A DNA stretch of 64,000 nt from an uncultured virus (IMG/VR IMGVR_UViG_3300030514_000006) (IMGVR_UViG_3300030514_000006); one strand, 5' to 3'. Counted from the stretch's first letter, positions 1 to 8,763 are shown. Program-made: numbers and translations. The notes: a model not told the origin generated them from the letters alone.

Positions 1-12
1 CCACCACTTATG

Positions 13-86
13 TCCTAGATGAAGCTCAGGTTTGGTAGAGCACCGGAATAGCCCGGTAAATCGCTGGTTCGAATCCAGCCTAGGAG
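13..86 (+). pseudogene. Degenerate tRNA-like element (pseudo-tRNA)
   Basis: D arm (GCTC..GGTA..GAGC) and T arm (GCTGG-TTCGAAT-CCAGC) are intact. The anticodon arm ACCGG/CCGGT closes only a 6-nt loop (AATAGC). The acceptor stem pairs only out of register (TCCTAG 13-18 with CTAGGA 80-85). Confidence 0.55.
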
Positions 87-97
87 ACCCTGTTACT

Positions 98-180
98 GCC
101 GAGATGATGGAATTGGTAGACTTGCCTGACTTAGAATCAGGTGCCCTAGCGGTGTGGGAGTTCGAGTCTCCCTCTCGGCA
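98..180 (+). tRNA. tRNA-Leu (anticodon TAG)
   Basis: Acceptor GCCGAGA/TCTCGGC, anticodon arm CCTGA-CTTAGAA-TCAGG, long variable arm, TTCGAGT T-loop, discriminator A. CCA is not encoded. Confidence 0.93.
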
Positions 181-182
181 TA

Positions 183-250
183 GTCCGTGCCTGACAGTTT
201 CCTTAATATCTGATTAAAAACCAGTGGAGAGCGTCAGGGTCTGGACACCA
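183..250 (+). ncRNA. Candidate structured ncRNA: long hairpin ending in ACCA inside the tRNA cluster
   Basis: GTCCG(183-187)/TGGAC(242-246) is followed by ACCA. Further helices are CCTGAC/GTCAGG and TTTCC/GGAGA. No D or T arm. Confidence 0.45.
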
Positions 251-255
251 TTAAT

Positions 256-341
256 GCATCTGTACCGAAGCGGCTAAACGGAGTAGGTTGCAACCCTACT
301 GGCTTATGCCTACGCAGGTTCAAATCCTGTCAGATGCTCCA
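256..341 (+). tRNA. tRNA-Cys (anticodon GCA) with long variable arm
   Basis: Acceptor GCATCTG/CAGATGC, U73, encoded CCA. Anticodon arm GTAGG-TTGCAAC-CCTAC. The 14-nt variable region contains a GGC-TTAT-GCC stem. Confidence 0.88.
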
Positions 342-351
342 ATAATATTAC

Positions 352-425
352 GCCCGGATAGCACAATTGGCTAGTGCGCCTGACTTGTAATCAGGAGGCT
401 GCAGGTTCGAGTCCTGCTCTGGGCA
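352..425 (+). tRNA. tRNA-Thr (anticodon TGT)
   Basis: Acceptor GCCCGGA/TCTGGGC, anticodon arm CCTGA-CTTGTAA-TCAGG, T arm GCAGG-TTCGAGT-CCTGC. Confidence 0.93.
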
Positions 426-455
426 TTTCCCCCTTTGTTTTATTTTTACTTTCTA

Positions 456-490
456 GGTCTGCAGGCTCCTGTCCCTGCGGGCTTTTTTTT
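456..490 (+). terminator. Intrinsic terminator closing the tRNA cluster
   Basis: Stem GTCTGCAGG/CCTGCGGGC followed by T8. Confidence 0.75.
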
Positions 491-604
491 ATGCTTTGTT
501 CTATATTATAGGGTAGACGTGCGATACAGCTTCCTTACAGTGCTAGTATGGTATAATTATAGTAGAAAACATTTTGTATATTATACATAAGTGAGGAGGC
601 AGCT

Positions 605-934
605 ATGACATCTTACAGTAAAGATAGAAAATGGTTAGAAGCAAAAAGAGCTGTAGGACATCTGAACTGGCTAGAAGTCATCTCCTACTACCGATCTATC
701 GGAGGAAACAGTGTATTTGTGTATTCCATCGTAGAAGGGGACAAGCGCCTTATCGTGGACATACTAGCCGATGAAAGTATCCTATTGATTAATAGAGAAG
801 GTCTGCCAGTAACAGACAGTTACGATAATGTGTTAAAGAGTCGCAAGGCTTTTAACTATTCAGATTCTTCAGAATTAAGAACGTACACAATAGGAAAAGA
901 GAGTTATCAGATCGCAATAGAGAAATTAGAATAG
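605..934 (+). CDS. Hypothetical protein upstream of the portal gene
   Basis: 109-aa ORF with a GAGGAGG RBS and an upstream TGGTATAAT; no recognisable motif. Confidence 0.8.
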   Translation: MTSYSKDRKWLEAKRAVGHLNWLEVISYYRSIGGNSVFVYSIVEGDKRLIVDILADESILLINREGLPVTDSYDNVLKSRKAFNYSDSSELRTYTIGKESYQIAIEKLE

Positions 935-948
935 AATGGATGTGATAG

Positions 949-2616
949 GTGATGGGCGTACTAGACTGGGTACCATTTGGAAAACAACAACAAAAACAAG
1001 ATACCATTATGCCAATCGATGAACGTGTTTCTGTGGCAATCCGTCAACTAGAAGATGAAGCAATCCAAAAGAGTAGGAAGCGCAGTAGTCCGGGAAGAGC
1101 TAAAGCATACGAAGAACCTCTTATCGGTTCCTTTTCAGTTAATCCCGACTTTAAGGAAGCTCCTTCAGTATCTGGGACAAATAACTTGCTCAACACGTTA
1201 AAGATTTGGGCTCGTAAAAACATTATTTTAAACGCAATTATTAATACCCGTATTAACCAAGTATCTATGTTCTGCTCCCCAGCTCGTTATAGTGAAAAAG
1301 GAGTAGGGTACGAAGTTAGATTAAAAGATTCATTACAAGAGTTAAGCAGTCATGATAAAGCTAACATTAGCCGTATTGAGAGTTTCCTAGAGAATACAGG
1401 AAAAGACAAAGATGACTACACAAAGGATAACTTTACTTCTTTTGTTAAGAAGCTTGTACGTGACCGATTAACATATGACAAGATCAACTTTGAATTAATT
1501 TATGACTCTAACGGAGAGCTAAACCGATTCAAGGCTGTAGATGCTTCTACAATATATGTAGCTGTAGATGAAAAGGGTCATGAGCCTAAAGGTAAGAACG
1601 CAGATCGTTACGTACAGATTATTGACCAGCAAAAGGTAGCCTCGTTCAAAGCTAAAGAGATGGCATGGGAGTGTCACAACCCTAGAACGGATATCACTGT
1701 AGGTCGATATGGATACCCAGAGTTAGAGATTGCGTTGAATCATTTACAGTATCATGAAAATACAGAAGTATTTAACGCTCGTTTCTTTGCTCAAGGTGGG
1801 ACGACTCGTGGATTACTTCATATTAAAACAGGACAAGAACAATCGAACCAAGCTCTTTCTGCATTCAGACGTGAGTGGACGAGTATGTTCAGTGGTTTAT
1901 CCGGTGCATGGAAAATTCCAGTTATCACAGCTGAAGACGTTAAGTTCGTAAATATGACACAAAGCTCTAAGGATATGGAGTTTGAAAAGTGGTTGAACTA
2001 CTTAATCAACGTAATCTGTTCGATCTTCTCTATTGACCCCGCAGAGATTAACTTCCCTAACCGCGGAGGAGCTACAGGTAACTCAGGGAACACACTGAAT
2101 GAAAGTAGCTCAACAGAGAAGTATCGTAACTCTAAGGACAAAGGGTTAGAGCCTCTATTGAAGTTTATTGAAGATGCTATTAACAAATACATTATTTCCC
2201 AATTTGGAGATAAGTACGTATTTAACTTTGTTGGTGGAGACAGCAAGACAGAACTTGAGATTATTAACATTCTTAAAGCTAAAGCTGAAATCTCTCACAC
2301 AATTAATGATATCCGTGCTGAGTTAGGTAAGCCTCCGGTAGAAGGTGGAGACGTTATCCTATCAGGTGTCCACGTACAGCGTCTTGGTCAGTTAATGCAA
2401 GAAGAGCAGATGAAGATACAGCAACAAATGGACATGCACCAATTCGTAGCCCAGCAGACAGGCTATAACGGGGACTTGGATAATGTAAACGGTAAGGGTA
2501 CTCATAACAAGCAAGTAGGTAAGGATGGTCAGCTGAAAGGTAGTAACAACACTAACTCTACTCCTCAAGGCGGAAAGAAAGATGATGGGGGTGCAGTAAA
2601 CGACTGGGAGGTTTAA
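949..2616 (+). CDS. Portal protein
   Basis: 555 aa. Portal-type segments (FFAQGGTTRGLL, KDMEFEKWLNYLINVICSIFSIDPAEINF, TINDIRAELG). First gene of the head module. Confidence 0.93.
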   Translation: MMGVLDWVPFGKQQQKQDTIMPIDERVSVAIRQLEDEAIQKSRKRSSPGRAKAYEEPLIGSFSVNPDFKEAPSVSGTNNLLNTLKIWARKNIILNAIINTRINQVSMFCSPARYSEKGVGYEVRLKDSLQELSSHDKANISRIESFLENTGKDKDDYTKDNFTSFVKKLVRDRLTYDKINFELIYDSNGELNRFKAVDASTIYVAVDEKGHEPKGKNADRYVQIIDQQKVASFKAKEMAWECHNPRTDITVGRYGYPELEIALNHLQYHENTEVFNARFFAQGGTTRGLLHIKTGQEQSNQALSAFRREWTSMFSGLSGAWKIPVITAEDVKFVNMTQSSKDMEFEKWLNYLINVICSIFSIDPAEINFPNRGGATGNSGNTLNESSSTEKYRNSKDKGLEPLLKFIEDAINKYIISQFGDKYVFNFVGGDSKTELEIINILKAKAEISHTINDIRAELGKPPVEGGDVILSGVHVQRLGQLMQEEQMKIQQQMDMHQFVAQQTGYNGDLDNVNGKGTHNKQVGKDGQLKGSNNTNSTPQGGKKDDGGAVNDWEV

Positions 2617-2651
2617 TCTCTCGGTTCGTTTACCCTACTAAGTAGTGCTTC

Positions 2652-2661
2652 TGTTATATTA
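2652..2661 (+). promoter_or_regulatory. Late promoter motif TGTTATATTA
   Basis: Matches the Twort/K-like late promoter core. Variants of NN(C/T)TATATTA recur upstream of structural genes at about 499, 4506, 11589, 12410, 13398, 17122, 28478, 32330, 39808, 48646 and 52903. Confidence 0.7.
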
Positions 2662-2731
2662 TAGGAAGCAATAGGACTATAAACAATGGTGTATCACAGA
2701 AGCATGATATAATAGAAGGGAGGGAGACACC

Positions 2732-3541
2732 CTGAGTACTTTAGATGGCAAGATCGATGTATTTGTCCCTATTAACATAGAGGAGTCTATTCAGAAGAGT
2801 AATGAGAATAGCTCAGAAAAATCTTGGTACCTGCGTGGGTATGCTACTACACCTGACTTAGATTTACAGGAAGATATTGTAGACCCTAGTGGTATCGATA
2901 TCTCTCACTTTATCGAACACGGCTACCTAAATTATGAGCATAAACAAGGAAACGAGTTTATCATTGGTGCCCCTACAAAAGAGAGTTATGTTGACCCTAA
3001 TGTAGGATTGTTCGTAGAGGCTAAGTTATACAAGAGCAACCCTTATGCAAAGATCATGTGGGACTTGGCTAATAACATTGCAAAGTCTGGCGTAGATCGC
3101 AAACTAGGATTCTCTATCGAAGGTTATGCTAAGGCACGAGATAAAGCAGACCCTCGAATTATCAAAAGAACCTACATCACAAATGTAGCTGTAACAACTA
3201 ATCCAGCTAACCCTAATGCGACATGGGAATCTTTCATGAAAAGTTTCCTAACTGGTCATGGAATTTCTCCAGATACTCAGGTAGATGCAGGAGCGTTGCG
3301 TACAGAGTCTTTTGCGCGTAGCTTACACAATCTATCTTATGCATATAAACATATCGGAAATCCTGATAATTTTGAAAATGTTTGGAAAGAAGTAGGCAGT
3401 TACCTAGACACAATGGAAAAAACATCCCCAGAGAGCATGGTAATGTTCCTACAGCTATCAAAAGGATATTCAAGAGATGAAGCTGTCGCTAGAATCGACA
3501 AGTGGATTAATTCTATCAAAAATGGGAAGGAGCAAGATTAA
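2732..3541 (+). CDS. Prohead (capsid maturation) protease, probable CTG start
   Basis: The frame of ORF 3008..3541 is open back to 2708 and encodes WYLRGYATTPDLDLQEDIVDPSGIDISHF..GYLNYEH, then GFSIEG and VAVTTNPAN (HK97-like protease motifs). A GGGAGGG RBS lies just upstream of CTG at 2732. Confidence 0.88.
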   Translation: MSTLDGKIDVFVPINIEESIQKSNENSSEKSWYLRGYATTPDLDLQEDIVDPSGIDISHFIEHGYLNYEHKQGNEFIIGAPTKESYVDPNVGLFVEAKLYKSNPYAKIMWDLANNIAKSGVDRKLGFSIEGYAKARDKADPRIIKRTYITNVAVTTNPANPNATWESFMKSFLTGHGISPDTQVDAGALRTESFARSLHNLSYAYKHIGNPDNFENVWKEVGSYLDTMEKTSPESMVMFLQLSKGYSRDEAVARIDKWINSIKNGKEQD

Positions 3542-4497
3542 TGGGAAACAAACTTTCATTTCAAAAATTAACTGAAGATATCGAAAAGTTAAACAAAGAA
3601 GAAGAGCTTGAAAAGTCAGAGGCATTACAAGGTGCTGAGTTTATCGAACCTGCTAAAGAGGAGCCTGAAAAGGAACCTGAGAAGAAGGAGGAAGCTGAGC
3701 CAGAAGTAAAGCCTGAAGAAGAAACAGAAGCAGAAGGAGAGAAAGAGCCTGAAGCTAAGAAAGAAGAAGAGCCAGAAGCAGCTGAGTCTGAAGAAGAACC
3801 TGAGGAAGTTGAAAAGTCTAAAGGTGACGAAGACAAAGATGCTGACGAAGGTAAAAATGATAAAGACAAAAAATCAGCTAAGAAGAAAGACAAGAAAAAA
3901 GAGGATGACGAGAAAGTAGAGAAGTCAGAAGATTCTGACGATATCTCACCTGATCTAATTGTTAAAGCCTTCGAAGAGCTAACAAAATCTAATCAATCAG
4001 TTAATGGTCGCTTAGATGCTCTTGAAAAGTCTTTCTCAGCTTTCTTAGAAGCTTTCCAACAAGAAAAGTTAGCTAAGTCTGAAGAGGAAGCTAAAGAGGA
4101 TAAGGAAGAGAAAGAAGAAGACAAGGAAGAAAAGGACGAGCAGAAATCTCCAGATGAGCCTTTAGTCGCTGAAGACATTGAAAAGAGTGTAAAAGTAGAG
4201 GAAGAAGCTCCTGAAGGTAAAGCTGTTGAGTACGTTCAGAAATCTGCAGACGGTGTAGCTGTTCCAGAAGAAACTCCTGAAAAAGAGGAAGAGCCGGAAC
4301 AACCTGAGAAAGAGCCTGAATTTAACCCTCGTGACCATGTTAGCACAGTAGTAGATTACTACACTCAGAATGCTAGCAACATTAACCGCGGGCAGCAAAA
4401 TGAGTTCAAATATGCTGTACAACGTGTTAAACGTAATGCGGCTACAGAGGCAGATGTAAAATTATTTAAAGAAATCGTAGAATCTTCTAAAAAATAA
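3541..4497 (+). CDS. Acidic scaffold-like head assembly protein
   Basis: E/K-rich low-complexity 318-aa ORF between the protease and the capsid gene; contains many xxKS motifs. Confidence 0.7.
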   Translation: MGNKLSFQKLTEDIEKLNKEEELEKSEALQGAEFIEPAKEEPEKEPEKKEEAEPEVKPEEETEAEGEKEPEAKKEEEPEAAESEEEPEEVEKSKGDEDKDADEGKNDKDKKSAKKKDKKKEDDEKVEKSEDSDDISPDLIVKAFEELTKSNQSVNGRLDALEKSFSAFLEAFQQEKLAKSEEEAKEDKEEKEEDKEEKDEQKSPDEPLVAEDIEKSVKVEEEAPEGKAVEYVQKSADGVAVPEETPEKEEEPEQPEKEPEFNPRDHVSTVVDYYTQNASNINRGQQNEFKYAVQRVKRNAATEADVKLFKEIVESSKK

Positions 4498-4505
4498 GTA
4501 CCAAG

Positions 4506-4515
4506 TGCTATATTA
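4506..4515 (+). promoter_or_regulatory. Late promoter of the major capsid gene (TGCTATATTA)
   Basis: Recurrent late motif about 120 nt upstream of the capsid ATG. Confidence 0.72.
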
Positions 4516-4636
4516 GTGTCATGGAGCTCAGCAATGAGCATTACAGAGGGGTTCCTTCCTCCTAATCCCTCTGTAACTATGACTATGGCATTAACTTAAT
4601 TTAATAATAAACCTAATAAGAAGGGAAGATATAAAA

Positions 4637-6067
4637 ATGGGAGAACAACAAAAAGTAGAACGTCAACTTCCTAATAAAGCGGAAGATGCTTTAAATGAAG
4701 TAATCTCGAAAACATTCACAACTGGATTTGGTATTACACCAGAAACACAAACTGATGCAGCCGCTTTAAGACGAGAGTTCCTAGATGACGAAGTTAAAAT
4801 GTTAGCTTTCGATAATAGTGACTTCTCTATCTATCCAGCGATCGCTAAGCAACAAGTAAATAGCACAGTAGTTAAATACGCTGTATTCAACCAACATGGT
4901 CGTACAGGTCACAGCCGTTTCGTACGTGAGGTAGGGGTAGCTTCTATCAATGACCCTAACATCCGTCAAAAGACTGTATCTATGAAATTCTTAAGTGATA
5001 CAAAGCAACAATCTATCGCTTCAGGTCTTGTAAACAACATCGCTGACCCTATGTCTATCTTGACAGAAGACGCAATCTCTGTAATTGCTAAATCTATCGA
5101 GTGGGCAATTTTCTACGGAGATGCAGGTTTATCAGCAGATGCAGACGGTCAAGCTGGTATCGAATTTGATGGTTTACACAAATTAATTGACCAAAAGACA
5201 AATGTTATGGATTTACGCGGACGTACACTTACAGAAGCTGATCTTAACAAAGCTGCAGTAGTAGTTGGTAAAGGTTACGGAAAAGCAACGGATGCATTTA
5301 TGCCTATCGGTGTACAAGCTGATTTCACTAATAGCTTACTAGACCGTCAACGTATTATCCAACCATCTAGCCAAGGCGGATTCTCTACCGGTTTCGCTAT
5401 CAACCAATTCTTGTCAGCTCGTGGTCCTATCAACCTACACGGTTCAACGATCATGGAAAATGATAACGTATTAGTTGAAGGTATGTTACCACAACAAAAT
5501 GCTCCATTACCAGTGCAAGGTGTTACAGCAGCAGTTAAGACTTCAGCTAAAGGACAATTCCGTCCAGAAGATTTAACTACTCAATCTTACAAAGTTGTAG
5601 TTTATAGTGATGAAGCTGAGTCTGTACCTTCTGATGCAGTTACAGCAGTAGTTGCTAACGCTACAGACGCTGTAGAGTTGACTATCCAATTACAACCAAT
5701 GTATCAAGCACAACCACAATTCGTGTCTGTATACCGTCTAGGTCAAGAAACAGGGCATTACTTCTTAATTGCTCGTATCCCAGTTTCTCAAGCTAACGAC
5801 AGCCGACAAATTGTGTTCACTGATACAAATGCAGTCATCCCTGAGACTACTGACGTATTCGTAGGTGAATTAACTCCACAAGTAATCTCGTTACTTGAGT
5901 TACTTCCAATGATGCGTTTACCACTTGCTCAAATGAATGCGACTGTAACATTCACTGTATTATGGTATGGTGCTCTAGCGCTATACGCTCCTAAGAAATG
6001 GGTTCGTATCAAGAACGTTAAGTACATCCCAGCTCTAGCAGCAGATGTTACAATCACTAATCAGTAA
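4637..6067 (+). CDS. Major capsid protein
   Basis: 476 aa. SKTFTTGFGITPETQTDAAALRREFLDD, AKSIEWAIFYGD and VLWYGALALYAPKKWVRIKNV are typical of Herelleviridae capsid proteins. Confidence 0.96.
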   Translation: MGEQQKVERQLPNKAEDALNEVISKTFTTGFGITPETQTDAAALRREFLDDEVKMLAFDNSDFSIYPAIAKQQVNSTVVKYAVFNQHGRTGHSRFVREVGVASINDPNIRQKTVSMKFLSDTKQQSIASGLVNNIADPMSILTEDAISVIAKSIEWAIFYGDAGLSADADGQAGIEFDGLHKLIDQKTNVMDLRGRTLTEADLNKAAVVVGKGYGKATDAFMPIGVQADFTNSLLDRQRIIQPSSQGGFSTGFAINQFLSARGPINLHGSTIMENDNVLVEGMLPQQNAPLPVQGVTAAVKTSAKGQFRPEDLTTQSYKVVVYSDEAESVPSDAVTAVVANATDAVELTIQLQPMYQAQPQFVSVYRLGQETGHYFLIARIPVSQANDSRQIVFTDTNAVIPETTDVFVGELTPQVISLLELLPMMRLPLAQMNATVTFTVLWYGALALYAPKKWVRIKNVKYIPALAADVTITNQ

Positions 6068-6106
6068 TTGATACAAGTGATCTAAATAATTGAATAACAA
6101 GTAAAT

Positions 6107-6138
6107 AGGGAGCAGGAGTATATTCTGCTCCCTTTTTA
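6107..6138 (+). terminator. Intrinsic terminator after the capsid gene
   Basis: AGGGAGCAGGA/TTCTGCTCCCT stem followed by a T tract. Confidence 0.8.
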
Positions 6139-6176
6139 TTTAACTTTACTAAAATACGAAAAGAGGAGAGATTTAC

Positions 6177-6413
6177 ATGTTAATCAATGAAAGTTTAGCC
6201 GGTCAAAAGGTAGCTACAGAGTTTGGTGATATTACGTTTAATGAGCAAGGTGAGTCTAAAGATTTAAAGGCTGACCAAGAGCAGAAGTTGGCAAAGCTTC
6301 CGGGATTCTCAATTAAAGAGGAAAAAGCAGCTCCTAAGAAAGAAGCAGTAAAAGAAGAACAGAAAGCAGAAAAGAAAGCGCCTGCTAAAAAGTCTAGCAC
6401 TGCTAAAAAATAA
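6177..6413 (+). CDS. Small virion-associated hypothetical protein
   Basis: 78 aa with an AGAGGAG RBS and a K/A/E-rich tail; lies directly after the capsid gene. Confidence 0.75.
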   Translation: MLINESLAGQKVATEFGDITFNEQGESKDLKADQEQKLAKLPGFSIKEEKAAPKKEAVKEEQKAEKKAPAKKSSTAKK

Positions 6414-6432
6414 GGGAAGGTAGGGATAATCC

Positions 6433-7299
6433 ATGTCAAACAGTTTCGGTAGCCCTTACAGCCACAATAACCCACAGGCGCTAGATTTAGCAGATGTGAA
6501 TAATTTTAGACTGGAAGATTTCGGGTTCACCATTGACGCTGTAAAAAGCAATCACTTTGGTATCCCTGTTACTGACCCGCGCACAGGAGAACATCTTCCA
6601 GATTCATTTTATCAAGCAAAGATCGAAGCAGCTGTTGCTCAGGCAGAGAAAATGCTAGACATTGTTATCTTGCCTAGGGTACTTCAGGAGCACCACGACT
6701 TCTATTCAGGAGACTTTAGTAACTTTGCATTCATTCATGCGTTCCATAAGCCAATCCTTCAGGTAGAGTCTGTACGCATTGAGTATGGTGGTAATTCCTT
6801 GTACGCTTACCCAAGTAGCTGGTGGAAGGTATACAACCTCCCGGGGCACATTCAAATGCTCCCTAGTACAATGCTTACTGGTGGAAGTAACGGAATGTCT
6901 CTAGCTCAGGTGTACCCATCTCTACCAATGATGACAGGCATTAACAGCACTGTAGGGAATAACTTTGCTCCACAAATGATGCACATAGAGTATGTAGCTG
7001 GAATGCTTCCACCGAAGCGTAGAGGGGTTACAATGCCTAATGAAATGCATCCAGACTTATGGCAGCTTATTATTAAAATGGCACTTAAAGAAGTCTTCGA
7101 ACAGTGGGGACGCTTAATCATCGGTGCCGGGATTGCTAACATGTCTATGTCTATTGACGGTGTATCTCAAAGTATCGATACAACTCAATCTGCTATGTAT
7201 GGTGGAGCCAGTGCGGATATTGTACAGCTCAACGAAGATATTGCAGGATTATACAAAGGACTAAAATCTTACTACGGAACAAACGTAGGACTTATCTAA
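6433..7299 (+). CDS. Head-tail adaptor/neck protein (putative)
   Basis: 288 aa; position between capsid and sheath genes; WGRLIIGAGIA..SIDGVSQSIDTTQSAMYGGASA segment typical of this group. Confidence 0.7.
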   Translation: MSNSFGSPYSHNNPQALDLADVNNFRLEDFGFTIDAVKSNHFGIPVTDPRTGEHLPDSFYQAKIEAAVAQAEKMLDIVILPRVLQEHHDFYSGDFSNFAFIHAFHKPILQVESVRIEYGGNSLYAYPSSWWKVYNLPGHIQMLPSTMLTGGSNGMSLAQVYPSLPMMTGINSTVGNNFAPQMMHIEYVAGMLPPKRRGVTMPNEMHPDLWQLIIKMALKEVFEQWGRLIIGAGIANMSMSIDGVSQSIDTTQSAMYGGASADIVQLNEDIAGLYKGLKSYYGTNVGLI

Positions 7300-7312
7300 G
7301 GAGGGGTAACTC

Positions 7313-8104
7313 ATGGCAGACAAACCGTCCATACTCAATACTATTTCTACTGCAGGTTTACGTACGGATATGCTCGATGTAATGACGGACTCTATGGGTA
7401 TTGTTACCCTTTGGGAGAAGTCCTATCTATGTCCATGCAGAAGTAAAGAGACTAAGCAACCTAACCAATCATGCCCTAGATGTCATGGTCGAGGGGTTGC
7501 TTATCTCCCTGCTCAATCTAAAAAGATTATCGTTCAGTCTCAGGATAAAGGAACGTTTAATGGTGATCTTGGTTTAATGGATGCAGGTACCGCTATTGGT
7601 ACTCCTGCGGACAGAGAGCTCCGTGTAGCCTTCCGAGATCGTATTACGATTCCTTCAGCCCTAGTTTCTCAATCCTTCATTTTTGATGTATCTGACAGAC
7701 GTATTCAAAATGGGTTCCATATGATTTATGACGTACACGCAATTGAATACGCTACCTCTGTAGACTCAGAGTTAACTGAAGGTGTGGACTATACTGTAGA
7801 CTTAAAAAATAACCTGTTTTTCCCTAAGCCATCCTTGAAGGGGAAAATGGTCTCTATAAACATTCTGACAACGCTACGTTATATGGTTGCCGACTTACTC
7901 AAAGAACATCGATATGCACCTAACTCAGCTAACCAACTAGTGAGAACTCCTCAAAAACTTTTACTAAAACGTGAAGACCTCTTTATCGACAAGGAGGCGT
8001 TCGAAATAGGGGTTAACAATGCAGAGCTAGGGGAAATGGTAGACGCTAAGAGAAAACCTTCCACAGACGGTCTTAACGGCTTCTTTAGAGGTGGCAGTAA
8101 CTAA
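7313..8104 (+). CDS. Neck/head-closure protein (putative)
   Basis: 263 aa with a CPC..CPRCHGRG zinc motif; synteny. Confidence 0.65.
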   Translation: MADKPSILNTISTAGLRTDMLDVMTDSMGIVTLWEKSYLCPCRSKETKQPNQSCPRCHGRGVAYLPAQSKKIIVQSQDKGTFNGDLGLMDAGTAIGTPADRELRVAFRDRITIPSALVSQSFIFDVSDRRIQNGFHMIYDVHAIEYATSVDSELTEGVDYTVDLKNNLFFPKPSLKGKMVSINILTTLRYMVADLLKEHRYAPNSANQLVRTPQKLLLKREDLFIDKEAFEIGVNNAELGEMVDAKRKPSTDGLNGFFRGGSN

Positions 8105-8742
8105 TGGGTAGAAGAAGAAAATCAAAACGCCCTAAGCTATTCAAGAGTAAGCAAGGCACAAAACAAGCAATGCAGAATGTCGGAGATGCTTTAGTTCAGG
8201 GTACGCTGGACGAAGGTATGAAAGCGATTAAGCAACAGAATCCCAAGGATACACAGGTAAAAAGAAAACCTAAGTATTTAGAGGTAACGCAAGAACGACT
8301 AAATAAACTAGGCGTTATTGATTTAAAACCATTCTTCTCCAAGAGCTCTCATAAGATACCTAAAAAAGGTGGAGGATGGTACTTGCGTGTACCTATTCCA
8401 CGTAAAACAAAGAGTATGTCTCGAAGAATGTACGAGCAGCTACGGTCTATTGATATAAACCCAGATACAAAGCGTACGGTTATCTCCGATTATTTATACG
8501 ACCGGAGACGAGAGGCAGATGCTAGTCTGCTTAACTATGAGCCTCTATCACATAATATCAGTAAAGAGAAGACAGGTAAACGTAAGCATACGTATATTGC
8601 TTACCGTACAGTGTCTAACACATCACCTGCTAGTAGCTGGATAATTAATAGAGATAAAGTAAACGAGGATGATACATCGAAAACGTTTGTTAAAAACGTA
8701 GACAGACTTATGAAATGGAAGATGAAGAACGGCTGGGATTAA
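8104..8742 (+). CDS. Basic neck-region protein
   Basis: 212 aa, K/R-rich, translationally coupled to the upstream gene (TAATG). Confidence 0.7.
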   Translation: MGRRRKSKRPKLFKSKQGTKQAMQNVGDALVQGTLDEGMKAIKQQNPKDTQVKRKPKYLEVTQERLNKLGVIDLKPFFSKSSHKIPKKGGGWYLRVPIPRKTKSMSRRMYEQLRSIDINPDTKRTVISDYLYDRRREADASLLNYEPLSHNISKEKTGKRKHTYIAYRTVSNTSPASSWIINRDKVNEDDTSKTFVKNVDRLMKWKMKNGWD

Positions 8743-8763
8743 CAGCGTTAGGAGGGGATTTTC

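Noticed and set aside
1..6. CCACCA, the possible 3' end of an upstream tRNA
   Set aside because: Too little sequence in the window to call.
32..217. 61-aa ORF
   Set aside because: It overlaps tRNA genes, so it is a spurious translation of structural RNA.
3561..4422. Minus-strand Ser/Phe-rich ORFs
   Set aside because: Antisense shadows of the Glu/Lys-rich scaffold gene.
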